Shown: positions 1 through 8,336 of the stretch, one piece after another | Numbering within the stretch: position 1 is the stretch's first letter | How the letters are laid out: the number at the start of each line of letters is the position of its first letter | Assembly (NCBI GenBank): GCA_937965665.1 | Contig: CALCJE010000403.1 | Coordinates: forward strand, 1 to 43,607 | Length of the DNA: 43,607 nt | Direction of reading: 5' to 3' | Source: an uncultured Bacteroidales bacterium | GTDB lineage: Bacteria; Bacteroidota; Bacteroidia; Bacteroidales; UBA4417 | The notes under the pieces: generated by a model | Databases searched by the model: none | The model's input: only the letters and a program-made list of their open reading frames with translations | Told to the model about the DNA's origin: nothing | Position numbers and translations under genes: made by a program

Positions 1-108
1 ATTAACGAACGCTATGCCGGCTGCAGTCAGATGCGCAGCGATCTCAAGCCAATCCTTCTCTCCTTTACGTTTCCCGGCATTGGGATTTACAATTACAAAC
101 CATTCCAT
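1..108 (-). CDS. Diacylglycerol-kinase-family lipid kinase (YegS/BmrU-like). Only the first 36 codons are present; the gene runs off the left edge.
   Basis: Not in the ORF track because it is too short. The reverse complement of 1..108 reads MEWFVIVNPNAGKRKGEKDWLEIAAHLTAAGIAFVN. An hIVNPxAGKxKG N-terminus is typical of DAGK-catalytic-domain lipid kinases. Confidence 0.5.
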   Translation of the reverse strand, partial: MEWFVIVNPNAGKRKGEKDWLEIAAHLTAAGIAFVN

Positions 109-263
109 GTTGCTATTTTAGGACTAAAAACCAGTTTATGGAAGCCGAAAGATATGAATAAAATAAATAAGCTAATAAAAGACGTTGTCGGGCATTATTC
201 TTTCCATGCTTCAACACTTGCTGTGATTTCGATCCGCCTGAGGCAAATATCTAACACTTTCTT

Positions 264-305
264 TCATTATTCATTATTCATTATTCATTATTCATTATTC
301 ACTCT
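264..305. repeat. Heptamer microsatellite: (TCATTAT)x5 followed by TCACTCT
   Basis: Direct reading: tcattat repeats at 264, 271, 278, 285 and 292, then tcactct at 299-305. It lies in the intergenic gap between the MATE stop (344) and the lipid kinase start (108). Confidence 0.9.
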
Positions 306-343
306 TCTCCAACTCTCCCACTCGCCCCGTCCGACTCATCCTT

Positions 344-1678
344 TCAAATCATCCGTCCCTGCCATTTCCCGAATTTAAGGTAAATCCACGACAGCGTTCC
401 CAGCACAATTGAATACAAATACTCGCACAGCCATACCATTTCAATGGGTTGCCGAAGTTTTACAGCCAGCAGCCAGGCAAAAGCCAGGTAAAGTGTGAGT
501 GTAATTACTTCCATAGCCAGGCCTGTACGGGTGTTGCCGGTACCCAATACTCCATTAAAAAGAACAATGGTTGCCGAGAAAAGAAATACGGCACCAAGTA
601 TAACAAAATACGACGCAACCGATGCCTGCTGCAAAACAGGATCGTTGGTATAAATGGATATCATGAACCCCGGAACAAATGTTGCCAGTACAGAAATAAT
701 CAGCATGATCAGCATGCTCACAAGGAGAATCTTCTTCACAATAGGAATCACCTGTTTCGAATATCCTGCGCCTATGGCATTACTTACAATGCTGCTCGTA
801 GCCGAGCTCATTGCCCAGGCAGGAATCATCAGCAGCATATAAATACTCCTGATAATATTTGCAACGGCCAGCGAGGTTTCACCCATTTTTTCGATGAGCA
901 GAAAAAAACCAAACCAAACAGCATGCGACAGCACAAACTGTATCATGATATACAGCGAAACATCAAGCGTGCTTTTGATGATGCCGAAATCGGGCCTGGC
1001 AAACCTGAACAGGTTATATTTGGCCAGGTGCGCCTTTCGGGCTGTGATGGCAAAAAAGAATAAAAGGGCGCATGCTTCCGAAATTGACGAGGCAAGCGCA
1101 GCCCCGGCAATACCCATTTCGGGGAAACCCAGTTTCCCGAAAATCATTCCATAATCGAGAATAACATTAAGCCCGGCCATGATGGCAGCACTTATGCTAA
1201 TGTATTTGGTAAAAGCAATTCCCGTGTAAAAGGATCGGAACAATAAGGTTGCAGAAGCGAAAAACAAACCGAAAATGCGGTATTTCAAAAACACCGTACT
1301 GGCCTGAAAAACAGCTTCAGAAGCAATAAAAGGCTTCAGCATATGTTCACCTAGGAATACCACAAGCCCGGTAATCACCAGGGTCATAGCTCCCAGGAAA
1401 TAAAATCCGTTATCGAAAATAGTGCCAATGGAAGCATATTCTGTTTCGCCGTGCCTGCGGGCAATCAGAATTTGAACGCCGGTTGTGAAGCCATAAGCGA
1501 CCATAAAAAGGGTGATGTAAAACAGTCCGCCGATGGCAGCAGCGCCCAACTCAACGGCTCCTACATGCCCCAGGAAGGCGGTGTCGGTAACGCTTACAAA
1601 ATTCTGGGCCACCAGGCTGATCATGATGGGCCAGGAAATATCCCAGATTTTTTTTATAGATGTATTGTTATGCGGCAT
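344..1678 (-). CDS. MATE family multidrug/toxin efflux transporter
   Basis: 444-aa polytopic membrane protein. The N-terminus IWDISWPIMISLVAQNFVSVTDTAFLGHVGAVELGAAAIG is the classic MATE (MatE repeat) start. Confidence 0.85.
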   Translation of the reverse strand: MPHNNTSIKKIWDISWPIMISLVAQNFVSVTDTAFLGHVGAVELGAAAIGGLFYITLFMVAYGFTTGVQILIARRHGETEYASIGTIFDNGFYFLGAMTLVITGLVVFLGEHMLKPFIASEAVFQASTVFLKYRIFGLFFASATLLFRSFYTGIAFTKYISISAAIMAGLNVILDYGMIFGKLGFPEMGIAGAALASSISEACALLFFFAITARKAHLAKYNLFRFARPDFGIIKSTLDVSLYIMIQFVLSHAVWFGFFLLIEKMGETSLAVANIIRSIYMLLMIPAWAMSSATSSIVSNAIGAGYSKQVIPIVKKILLVSMLIMLIISVLATFVPGFMISIYTNDPVLQQASVASYFVILGAVFLFSATIVLFNGVLGTGNTRTGLAMEVITLTLYLAFAWLLAVKLRQPIEMVWLCEYLYSIVLGTLSWIYLKFGKWQGRMI

Positions 1679-1780
1679 GAAATAATGTGATTGTGAAAAA
1701 GAAATCCGCCAGGGAATTCCTGTATCGTAAGTATTGAAATTTCTAATCTGGGGAAAATGGTTTTTATGAAAACAAACGGA

Positions 1781-2347
1781 TCACTTGTTATTAAAATCCG
1801 ACATGGTTTTGGCAGCCCCGGCCAGCACAAAACTTTTTACGATTGAAACGGCGGTTTCAATGCGCGGTATAAGGATTTTCTCCTCTTTTGTCGACCAGCG
1901 GCCCAGCACATAATCCACCTGGAAACCCCGGGCATAATCCTTTCCTATTCCAAACCTGAGCCTTGCCCAGTCGGTGATTAAAAGTGTTTCGATAATATGG
2001 TTCAAACCATTGTGGCTGCCACCGCTGCCTTTGGTACGCAAACGCAAAACGCCCAGGTCGAGATCAACATCGTCGGTAATTACCAGTATGTTTTCGGGAG
2101 GAATTTTCTCTTTATCCATCCAGTATTTCAACGCTTTGCCACTCAGGTTCATGTAAGTGGTTGGCTTCAGAATGATAAGCAATTTGTTTTTCAGCCTGCC
2201 TTCGGCTTTATAAGCATGCCTTTCAATTTCAAACTTTACACCAAGATCTTGCGCCAATGCATCTGCTACAATAAACCCGATATTATGCCGGGTGTTAGCA
2301 TACTCCTCGCCTATATTGCCCAGTCCTACTATTAAATATTTGTCCAT
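1781..2347 (-). CDS. pth: Peptidyl-tRNA hydrolase
   Basis: 188 aa. YLIVGLGNIGEEYANTRHNIGF and VITDDVDLDLGVLRLRTKGSGGSHNGL are Pth signature blocks. Confidence 0.95.
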   Translation of the reverse strand: MDKYLIVGLGNIGEEYANTRHNIGFIVADALAQDLGVKFEIERHAYKAEGRLKNKLLIILKPTTYMNLSGKALKYWMDKEKIPPENILVITDDVDLDLGVLRLRTKGSGGSHNGLNHIIETLLITDWARLRFGIGKDYARGFQVDYVLGRWSTKEEKILIPRIETAVSIVKSFVLAGAAKTMSDFNNK

Positions 2348-2365
2348 TCTCAGTTTTTAAGGGTG

Positions 2366-2373
2366 CAAAGTTA
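2366..2373 (-). promoter_or_regulatory. Bacteroidetes -7 promoter box (TAacTTTG on the minus strand) for pth
   Basis: Plus strand reads caaagtta. There are 18 nt between the box and the pth ATG. Matches the TAnnTTTG consensus of Bacteroidetes sigma-A promoters. Confidence 0.45.
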
Positions 2374-2522
2374 TTGCTTGTTGCGGAAATGATTGACGTG
2401 TAAATATCAAATCATGAAAAATAGAACAGCTGCACAAGCGAACATCCGATATAGAACAACAGAAAGCGTGCACGCCTATAAGCCTGAAACATTGAAACAC
2501 TCAAACTTCTATGCCTCTCAGA

Positions 2523-3317
2523 TCACTTGTCTATCTCAAACCTGTCCCAATCCATGCCCACCATAAATCCCTTACGGAAATCAGCTAGCTGGTCATAACT
2601 CAGGTTGCACGATTCAATGCCTTCCTTATTGGCTTCCATTTCAAAAATATGCTTTCCTTTAAAGTCGATTACCGTCGACTCGCCCTGGTGGTTTGTTCCT
2701 TTACCATCAATACCCACGCGGTTTACAGCAATTACATAGCACTGGTTTTCGATGGCACGGGCAATAAGCAACTGCCGGTAAGCATAGCTGCGGGCGGCAG
2801 GCCAGTTGGCCATGTACAAAAGCAAATCGTACTCGTACACACCGTTATTCCAGGTGTTTTTACTCCATACGGGGAATCTCAGGTCGTAGCATACCAGCGG
2901 ACAGATTTTCCAGCCCAGCAGTTCGACAACCAATTTCTGTTTGCCCTGCGAAAATTGTTCGTGCTCGTTGCCCGGGTGAAACAAATGCCGCTTATCATAA
3001 ATGTTATAACTTCCAGTGGGCTCCATCCACACCAGCCGGTTGTAATAGTTTCCATTCTCAACAATTACAAGGCTGCCTGTAATCACGGCATTCAGTTTCG
3101 AGGCTTGCCCGGCCATCCAGGCTACAGTCGGCCCCTTCATGTCTTCGGCCAGCGAACGCTGATCGACCACAAAACCGGTATTGAACATTTCAGGCAACAC
3201 CACCAGGTCGGTTTTGCGATCAATGTGTTGAAAGAAATCTTCAAATTTCAGCAGGTTGCTTTTTTTATCCTCCCAAACCAGGTCGGGCTGGATAAGGGTT
3301 ACGTTTAGATCGTACAT
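2523..3317 (-). CDS. Carbon-nitrogen hydrolase family amidohydrolase (omega-amidase, YafV-like)
   Basis: 264 aa. Contains DLVVLPEMFNTGF (catalytic Glu region), a CYDLRFP catalytic Cys motif and a WPAARS block, typical of nitrilase-superfamily branch 2-oxoglutaramate amidases. Confidence 0.8.
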   Translation of the reverse strand: MYDLNVTLIQPDLVWEDKKSNLLKFEDFFQHIDRKTDLVVLPEMFNTGFVVDQRSLAEDMKGPTVAWMAGQASKLNAVITGSLVIVENGNYYNRLVWMEPTGSYNIYDKRHLFHPGNEHEQFSQGKQKLVVELLGWKICPLVCYDLRFPVWSKNTWNNGVYEYDLLLYMANWPAARSYAYRQLLIARAIENQCYVIAVNRVGIDGKGTNHQGESTVIDFKGKHIFEMEANKEGIESCNLSYDQLADFRKGFMVGMDWDRFEIDK

Positions 3318-4459
3318 AATATTTCGGCTGCTTTAACCAGGGTTTCTTCCGTTTTGGCAAAACAAAAACGCAATACATGATTGTCCTGTTTATCGTGGTA
3401 AAACGGCGAAACAGGAACTGATGCTACACCAAATTCCCGTGTGATGCGTGTTGCAAAATCCAGCTCCTTTTCATCGGAAATAGCGCTGTAGTCGAGCAAC
3501 TGGAAATAGGTTCCGTACGACGGAATAATTTTGAACCTCGAATTTTTCACCAGGCCCGCGAACAAATCGCGCTTCTGCTGGTAAAAAGCAGGAAGTTGTG
3601 TGTAATTTTCCTTTTTGTTCAGGAATTCGGCCACGGCATGCTGTATGGGTGTATTGGAGGCAAAAACTACAAACTGGTGCACTTTCCGCACTTCGGCCAT
3701 TAATACAGCCGGGGCCAGGATAAAGCCCGTTTTCCACCCTGTGGTATGAAATGTTTTACCGAAAGAGCCAATTACAAAACTTCGTGAAGCCAGCTCCGGG
3801 TAATAACAAACACTTTCGTGCCTGAGTCCGTCAAAAATTAGATGTTCGTACACTTCATCGCTCATCACAACTATATTTGTGTTGCGGGTTATACGATCCA
3901 GTTCTTTCAGATCATGGGCCGAAAGCACACTTCCGGTAGGATTGTGCGGAGTGTTAATCATGATGAGTTTGGTGCGGCTATTGATCAGGCTTTCAATCTC
4001 CGGCCAGTTAATGGTATATGAAGGGACCTGCAACGACGAATAGCGCACAATACCACCGCTCAGTTCAACAGCAGGAGCATAACTATCGTATGCCGGCTCA
4101 ATGATGATGGCTTCGTCGCCCGGATGTATCATGGCAGTAATAACGCAAAAAATAGCCTCGGTAGCTCCGGCGGTTACTGTTACTTCCGTTTGCGGATCGT
4201 AAGTAATTCCAAATGTATCAAACGCTTTGGCAGCAATAGCTTCGCGAAGCGCCGGCACACCCGGCATAGGCGCATATTGGTTAAAACCCTTGTGCATATA
4301 TTTATTTACCAGTTCAATCAAATCTTCCGATATCGGGAAATCGGGGAAGCCCTGCGAGAGATTTATAGCGCCTACCTCATTGGCAAGGCCCGACATTACT
4401 GCGAATATGGAGGTACCGGCATGAGGAAGCCTGGAAGATACTTTTCCTGTAAAATTCAT
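3305..4459 (-). CDS. Class I/II pyridoxal-phosphate aminotransferase (YbdL / methionine-glutamine transaminase-like)
   Basis: 384 aa. Contains INLSQGFPDFP, NTPHNPTG and SFGKTFHTTGWKTG (PLP-lysine motif SxxK). The stop overlaps the start of the downstream amidase by 13 nt. Confidence 0.85.
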   Translation of the reverse strand: MNFTGKVSSRLPHAGTSIFAVMSGLANEVGAINLSQGFPDFPISEDLIELVNKYMHKGFNQYAPMPGVPALREAIAAKAFDTFGITYDPQTEVTVTAGATEAIFCVITAMIHPGDEAIIIEPAYDSYAPAVELSGGIVRYSSLQVPSYTINWPEIESLINSRTKLIMINTPHNPTGSVLSAHDLKELDRITRNTNIVVMSDEVYEHLIFDGLRHESVCYYPELASRSFVIGSFGKTFHTTGWKTGFILAPAVLMAEVRKVHQFVVFASNTPIQHAVAEFLNKKENYTQLPAFYQQKRDLFAGLVKNSRFKIIPSYGTYFQLLDYSAISDEKELDFATRITREFGVASVPVSPFYHDKQDNHVLRFCFAKTEETLVKAAEILCTI

Positions 4460-4479
4460 GGGTCAAAGTTTTGATGGGT

Positions 4480-4487
4480 CAAAGGTA
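4480..4487 (-). promoter_or_regulatory. -7 promoter box (TAccTTTG on the minus strand) for the aminotransferase-amidase operon
   Basis: Plus strand reads caaaggta, 20 nt upstream of the ATG at 4459. Confidence 0.45.
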
Positions 4488-4629
4488 ATAGTTTTTGAAA
4501 GTTGGCTGCAATGTATTGAATTCTGATTTCGGCACAATGTGAAAAAACAGCACAAAACCATTTGCGTACTGGGGTTGTTTAGAATTATTGTTTTCAGATT
4601 GTTATCATTAGAATTCAAATTAATCTTTG

Positions 4630-4637
4630 TACCTTTG
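4630..4637 (+). promoter_or_regulatory. -7 promoter box TAccTTTG for the GAF/msrC gene
   Basis: tacctttg lies 17 nt upstream of the ATG at 4655. Confidence 0.45.
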
Positions 4638-4654
4638 GCGGCTATTTTTCGAGC

Positions 4655-5116
4655 ATGGACGTATTAAAGAAAGAAGGCCGTTATCAACGCATTATCGGCC
4701 AGCTGGAGGGTTTATTAACCAAAACCAGCGATCCGGTTGCCCGTATGGCTACAATTGCTGCCGTTTTAAGCCATAAGTTCGATTATTTTTTCTGGTGTGG
4801 ATTTTACATGGTACACCCCGACAGGCTCATAGTGGGTCCATACCAAGGTCCGGTTGCATGCCAGGTACTGCAGGGAACAGGTGTTTGCCTGGCAGCAGTT
4901 ACACAAAATAAAAGCATAGTGGTTCCTGATGTACATCAATTCCCGGGACACATAGCCTGCGATTCGCGTTCCAACTCCGAAATTGTGGTTCCGGTGCGCA
5001 CCACCACCGGCCAGATTATGGCTGTACTCGATGTCGACAGTGCATCATTCAACTCTTTTGATGAAACCGATCGTATCTGGCTCGAAAAAATCACGGCTAT
5101 GGTATATCCGGCTTAA
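4655..5116 (+). CDS. msrC: GAF-domain free methionine-(R)-sulfoxide reductase (MsrC/YebR family)
   Basis: 153 aa. GPYQGPVACQVLQGTGVCLAAV and HQFPGHIACDSRSNSEIVVP with LDVDS closely follow the E. coli YebR blocks (GPFQGKIACVRI..GVCG; GHIACDAASNSEIVLP; LDIDS). Confidence 0.85.
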   Translation: MDVLKKEGRYQRIIGQLEGLLTKTSDPVARMATIAAVLSHKFDYFFWCGFYMVHPDRLIVGPYQGPVACQVLQGTGVCLAAVTQNKSIVVPDVHQFPGHIACDSRSNSEIVVPVRTTTGQIMAVLDVDSASFNSFDETDRIWLEKITAMVYPA

Positions 5117-5142
5117 TTCAATCCCCGATAAATAGTTTCCCG

Positions 5143-5706
5143 ATGAATAACTTTGAAATAGTAATCCTGGCGCTGGCATTGGTTTTCAACTCATGGAATG
5201 CGTATGTAAAAGCAGGACTCTTACTTTCAAAGGAACCCATAGTCCGCAGGTTGTACACTTCTGGCATAACTTTCCTGATGGAGTTTTTAATGGCCGGAAC
5301 CGGAATCTGGGCAGGTTTTAAAACGGCCAGTTCAGAAATGAGAACGAATATACTTATCAGCCTGAGCATTATGCTGGTAGTCGGGCTTAAAGTACTTTTT
5401 ACGGTAATCAGGGCCCAAACGCAGGAAAATGAACAGGAATATTCAGAAGATAAGCGAACCTTTTTTGCCGCCCTGCTCGAAGGGGTTATTCCTTTGTTTA
5501 TTGGTATTTCAATCGGACTGCTTTCGTTGCAACCATACCTGCACTGGTTATTAATAGGTTTGTTCCTGTTGTTGGGGATTATTACCGGCCAGGTTGCAGC
5601 TATTCAGAAAAAGGATAATGCTTTTAATTTCAAAGTTGAGTTTATTGCAGGATTTCTTTTTATCGCAGCAGCCATCAAACTGGCACTCAACATCACAGGA
5701 TTCTGA
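5143..5706 (+). CDS. Small polytopic membrane protein. MntP/DUF204-like size and topology, but the family is not secure.
   Basis: 187 aa with about 6 hydrophobic helices in two halves separated by a charged loop (RAQTQENEQEYSEDKR), as in MntP. The conserved Asp motifs of MntP are not evident (NSWNAY and LLEGV in their place). Starts 27 nt after msrC, so probably co-transcribed. Confidence 0.7.
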   Translation: MNNFEIVILALALVFNSWNAYVKAGLLLSKEPIVRRLYTSGITFLMEFLMAGTGIWAGFKTASSEMRTNILISLSIMLVVGLKVLFTVIRAQTQENEQEYSEDKRTFFAALLEGVIPLFIGISIGLLSLQPYLHWLLIGLFLLLGIITGQVAAIQKKDNAFNFKVEFIAGFLFIAAAIKLALNITGF

Positions 5707-5760
5707 CAGACATTTTACGCTTTCCCAATTCAAAACTTTTATAAACACTTAATTGTAAAA

Positions 5761-6828
5761 ATGAAAAAAACTTTACTTCTTCTGCTTTTAACCGTTTTAT
5801 TAGTAACTACAAAAGCGCAACCACCTGCAAATTATTACAGTACAGCAACCGGAAAAATTGGCACTGAATTACAGCAGGCCTTGCATGATATAATCGATAA
5901 CCACACCTCTGTGTCGTACGATCAATTATGGACAAGCTTTAAAACCACTGATAAAAAAGCAAATGGTAAAGTTTGGGATATGTACTCCGACATACCAGGT
6001 GGAACACCTCCCTATGAGTTTACATTTGGAACCGAACAATGTGGCAGCTACAGTGGAGAAGGTAGCTGTTACAACCGCGAACACTCATGGCCTAAAAGCT
6101 GGTTTAGTGACAAAACACCCATGTACAGTGATTTATTTCACCTGGTTCCTACAGATGGATATGTGAATAACAGGCGAGGAAATTACCCGTTTGGCGATGT
6201 TGCATCAGCCACCTGGACCTCAAAAAACGGATCTAAAGTAGGATATTGCACAACGCCGGGATATTCGGGAATTGCATTTGAGCCCATTGATGAATACAAA
6301 GGAGATTTTGCCAGGAATTATTTTTATATGGCAACACGTTATTATAAAGAAGACAATGGATGGGCCGGCAGTGCTATGGTAACAGGATCGCAATTTAAAC
6401 CCTGGGCCAGGGATATGCTGTTAATCTGGGCAGAGCGTGATCCGGTTTCGGAAAAAGAAATTGCACGAAATAATGCTGTGTACGCCATACAGCATAACCG
6501 CAATCCTTTTATTGATCATCCCGAATATGCCAATATGATATGGGGCACCAATACCGGAATTTCTGACGAACAGTCGCAGGTAGCGCTGCAGGTGTATCCA
6601 AATCCGGCTTCTGAAAATTGTACCATAACTTTGCCCCCTGAATTTACCCAACAAAATAATTCTTTTGTTGTTTATTCCTCTACCGGGCTTCCTGTAGCTG
6701 CAGCTGTTACCATTACCGGCGATAAAGCAACCCTGAACCTGGAGCGCTTGCCTGCCGGATTTTACCTGGTAAAACTGTCATTAACCGATTTTCATACCAC
6801 ATACCAGGCCCGTATTATTAAAAAATAG
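5761..6828 (+). CDS. Secreted Endonuclease I family nuclease with a T9SS (Por) C-terminal sorting domain
   Basis: Signal peptide MKKTLLLLLLTVLLVTTKAQ. REHSWPKSWF and DLFHLVPTDGYVNNRRGNYPFG are Endonuclease I motifs. The C-terminal ~80 aa (LQVYPNPASENCTITL ... GFYLVKL ... ARIIKK) is a type-A T9SS CTD. Confidence 0.85.
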   Translation: MKKTLLLLLLTVLLVTTKAQPPANYYSTATGKIGTELQQALHDIIDNHTSVSYDQLWTSFKTTDKKANGKVWDMYSDIPGGTPPYEFTFGTEQCGSYSGEGSCYNREHSWPKSWFSDKTPMYSDLFHLVPTDGYVNNRRGNYPFGDVASATWTSKNGSKVGYCTTPGYSGIAFEPIDEYKGDFARNYFYMATRYYKEDNGWAGSAMVTGSQFKPWARDMLLIWAERDPVSEKEIARNNAVYAIQHNRNPFIDHPEYANMIWGTNTGISDEQSQVALQVYPNPASENCTITLPPEFTQQNNSFVVYSSTGLPVAAAVTITGDKATLNLERLPAGFYLVKLSLTDFHTTYQARIIKK

Positions 6829-6928
6829 GTTCCGCGGTTCCGGGGCATCCGGCAAACTTTAACCGGAACGATAAAACCCAGAGGCGTGCATTTTTAACAA
6901 TTTATACGTCAGCTAAAAACAATCATCC

Positions 6929-7375
6929 TTGCAAACCATACGACTTACAAAAGAGTTTAAATTTGAAATGGCCCATGCCCTGAAAGGCTACGACGGCCTT
7001 TGCCGCAATATTCACGGGCATTCATACGAATTGCTGGTAACCATAACAGGCATGCCAATTCCCGATACATCGTCTGCCAAGTTAGGCATGGTGATGGATT
7101 TTGGAGATCTGAAGAAAATAGTACGTAAAAATATTGTTGATGAATTTGATCATGCGCTGGTCCTGAATCGCGAATCAGCCAATGAATATACCATTGAAGG
7201 CGAAATGTTCGGTCGGACCATATTGGTAGATTACCAGCCAACCAGCGAAAATATGCTCATAGATTTTGCAGCAAGGTTAAAAAGCGAGTTACCAGAAAAC
7301 GTTAAACTTCATCATTTGCTGCTCCGCGAAACCGTTACTTCGTATGCCGAATGGTATGCGGAGGATAATGAATAA
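6929..7375 (+). CDS. queD: 6-carboxy-5,6,7,8-tetrahydropterin synthase (QueD / PTPS family)
   Basis: 148 aa. FKFEMAHAL..Y.G.C.N.HGHSY motif (Zn-binding His residues). Apparent TTG start at 6929; the exact start is uncertain. Confidence 0.85.
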   Translation: MQTIRLTKEFKFEMAHALKGYDGLCRNIHGHSYELLVTITGMPIPDTSSAKLGMVMDFGDLKKIVRKNIVDEFDHALVLNRESANEYTIEGEMFGRTILVDYQPTSENMLIDFAARLKSELPENVKLHHLLLRETVTSYAEWYAEDNE

Positions 7376-7396
7376 ATAATTAATGTTGGATATGGG

Positions 7397-7441
7397 AATC
7401 CGCATACCGGATGTTTAATCTTGAATATCCGAATGCGGATT
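7397..7441. other. Interrupted 14-bp hairpin downstream of queD
   Basis: AATCCGCAT-AC-CGGAT ... 14-nt loop ... ATCCG-A-ATGCGGATT. No U-tract follows, so a terminator function is uncertain. Confidence 0.5.
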
Positions 7442-7470
7442 TCACCTTATTCAGATCCTCTGGTCCCTTT

Positions 7471-7603
7471 TCACTCTTCACTCTTCACTCTTCACTGTCC
7501 TTGCGAGTGGTCATTGCGAGTGGTCATTGCGAGTGCAACGAAGTAAAACGAAGCAAAACGAAGCAAAACGAAGCAAAACTATTCACTATTCACTATTCAC
7601 TAT
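7471..7603. repeat. Compound tandem-repeat block made of four different short repeat units in series
   Basis: (TCACTCT)x3 plus TCACTGT at 7471-7498. (TTGCGAGTGGTCA)x2 plus TTGCGAGTGCAAC at 7501-7539. (GAAG[T/C]AAAAC)x4 at 7540-7579. (TATTCAC)x3 at 7580-7600. It fills the convergent gap between queD and udk and ends 2 nt before the udk stop. Confidence 0.9.
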
Positions 7604-7605
7604 CT

Positions 7606-8223
7606 TTAGTCACCTGAATCCAGTTTCATCTTTATTCTCGAAGCCAGAATATCAATAGCCACTTTATTTTCGCCTCCCTGCGGAACTATGATATCTGCGT
7701 TGCGTTTGGTAGGCTCAATAAACTGCAGGTGCATGGGTTTCACCCAACGGGTATAATGCTCAAGCACTTGCATGGGATCGCGGCCACGTTCCACAGTATC
7801 GCGGCGTATGATGCGCATCAGTCGGTCGTCGCCCTCAGCATCTACAAAAACCTTTATATCAAGCCGTTTAGTTAGTTTAGGGTCGCTGTAAATCAGGATC
7901 CCTTCCACAATAATTACTTTCCGGGGTTCAATTCGCACGGTCTCTTTCTGCCTGGCACAGGTGATATACGAATAGGTAGGCATTTCAATACTTTCACCAC
8001 GACGCAGTGCATCAATATGTTCAACCAGCAGGTTCCATTCAATGGAATTGGGATGGTCGAAATTAATTTTCAGCTTCTCCTCGGCGCTCAGGTGCCCGTT
8101 ATCCCAGTAATATGCATCCTGCGGAATAACTGCTACTGAATTTTTAGGCAAACGCTTAATAATTTCGCGGACAACTGTAGTTTTTCCGCATCCGGAGCCA
8201 CCGGCAATTCCAATAATAAGCAT
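7606..8223 (-). CDS. udk: Uridine kinase
   Basis: 205 aa. P-loop IIGIAGGSGCGKTTV, DHPNSIEW and IVEGIL blocks, typical of Udk. Confidence 0.9.
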   Translation of the reverse strand: MLIIGIAGGSGCGKTTVVREIIKRLPKNSVAVIPQDAYYWDNGHLSAEEKLKINFDHPNSIEWNLLVEHIDALRRGESIEMPTYSYITCARQKETVRIEPRKVIIVEGILIYSDPKLTKRLDIKVFVDAEGDDRLMRIIRRDTVERGRDPMQVLEHYTRWVKPMHLQFIEPTKRNADIIVPQGGENKVAIDILASRIKMKLDSGD

Positions 8224-8275
8224 ATAATGAGGTGGTTAAAAAATGTTATTAGCCAGGGAAAGAATGCGTAAAATT

Positions 8276-8301
8276 AAAAAAAGCCCCGGATTAACGGAGC
8301 T
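8276..8301 (-). terminator. Putative intrinsic terminator after mmdB
   Basis: On the minus strand: AGCTCCG-TTAATC-CGGGGCT (7-bp stem, one mismatch) followed by T7. It lies 35 nt past the mmdB stop. Confidence 0.45.
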
Positions 8302-8336
8302 TTCTTCATGCAAATTCAGGAAATTTAATTTTGTAA

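Noticed and set aside
31-378. 115-aa ORF across the first intergenic region. The ORFs at 7411..7617 and 26391..26603 are similar cases.
   Set aside because: These are translations of microsatellite or hairpin repeats (HYSLFIIHYSLF, FSLFTLHSSLSL, VPDGT...VPDGT). The first also overlaps the real minus-strand lipid-kinase start. None has coding features.
449-1063. Long antisense ORFs inside well-supported genes (449..1063, 2649..3308, 8407..8961, 33234..33767, 42672..43235 and others in the track).
   Set aside because: These are shadow ORFs opposite strongly recognisable proteins. Their compositions are not protein-like and no family motifs are present.
6829-6928. Possible preQ1 riboswitch upstream of queD.
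   Set aside because: The region shows only a 7-bp hairpin (GTTCCGG...CCGGAAC) that fits a terminator for the upstream nuclease gene. There is no convincing preQ1-I/II stem-loop plus A-rich tail.
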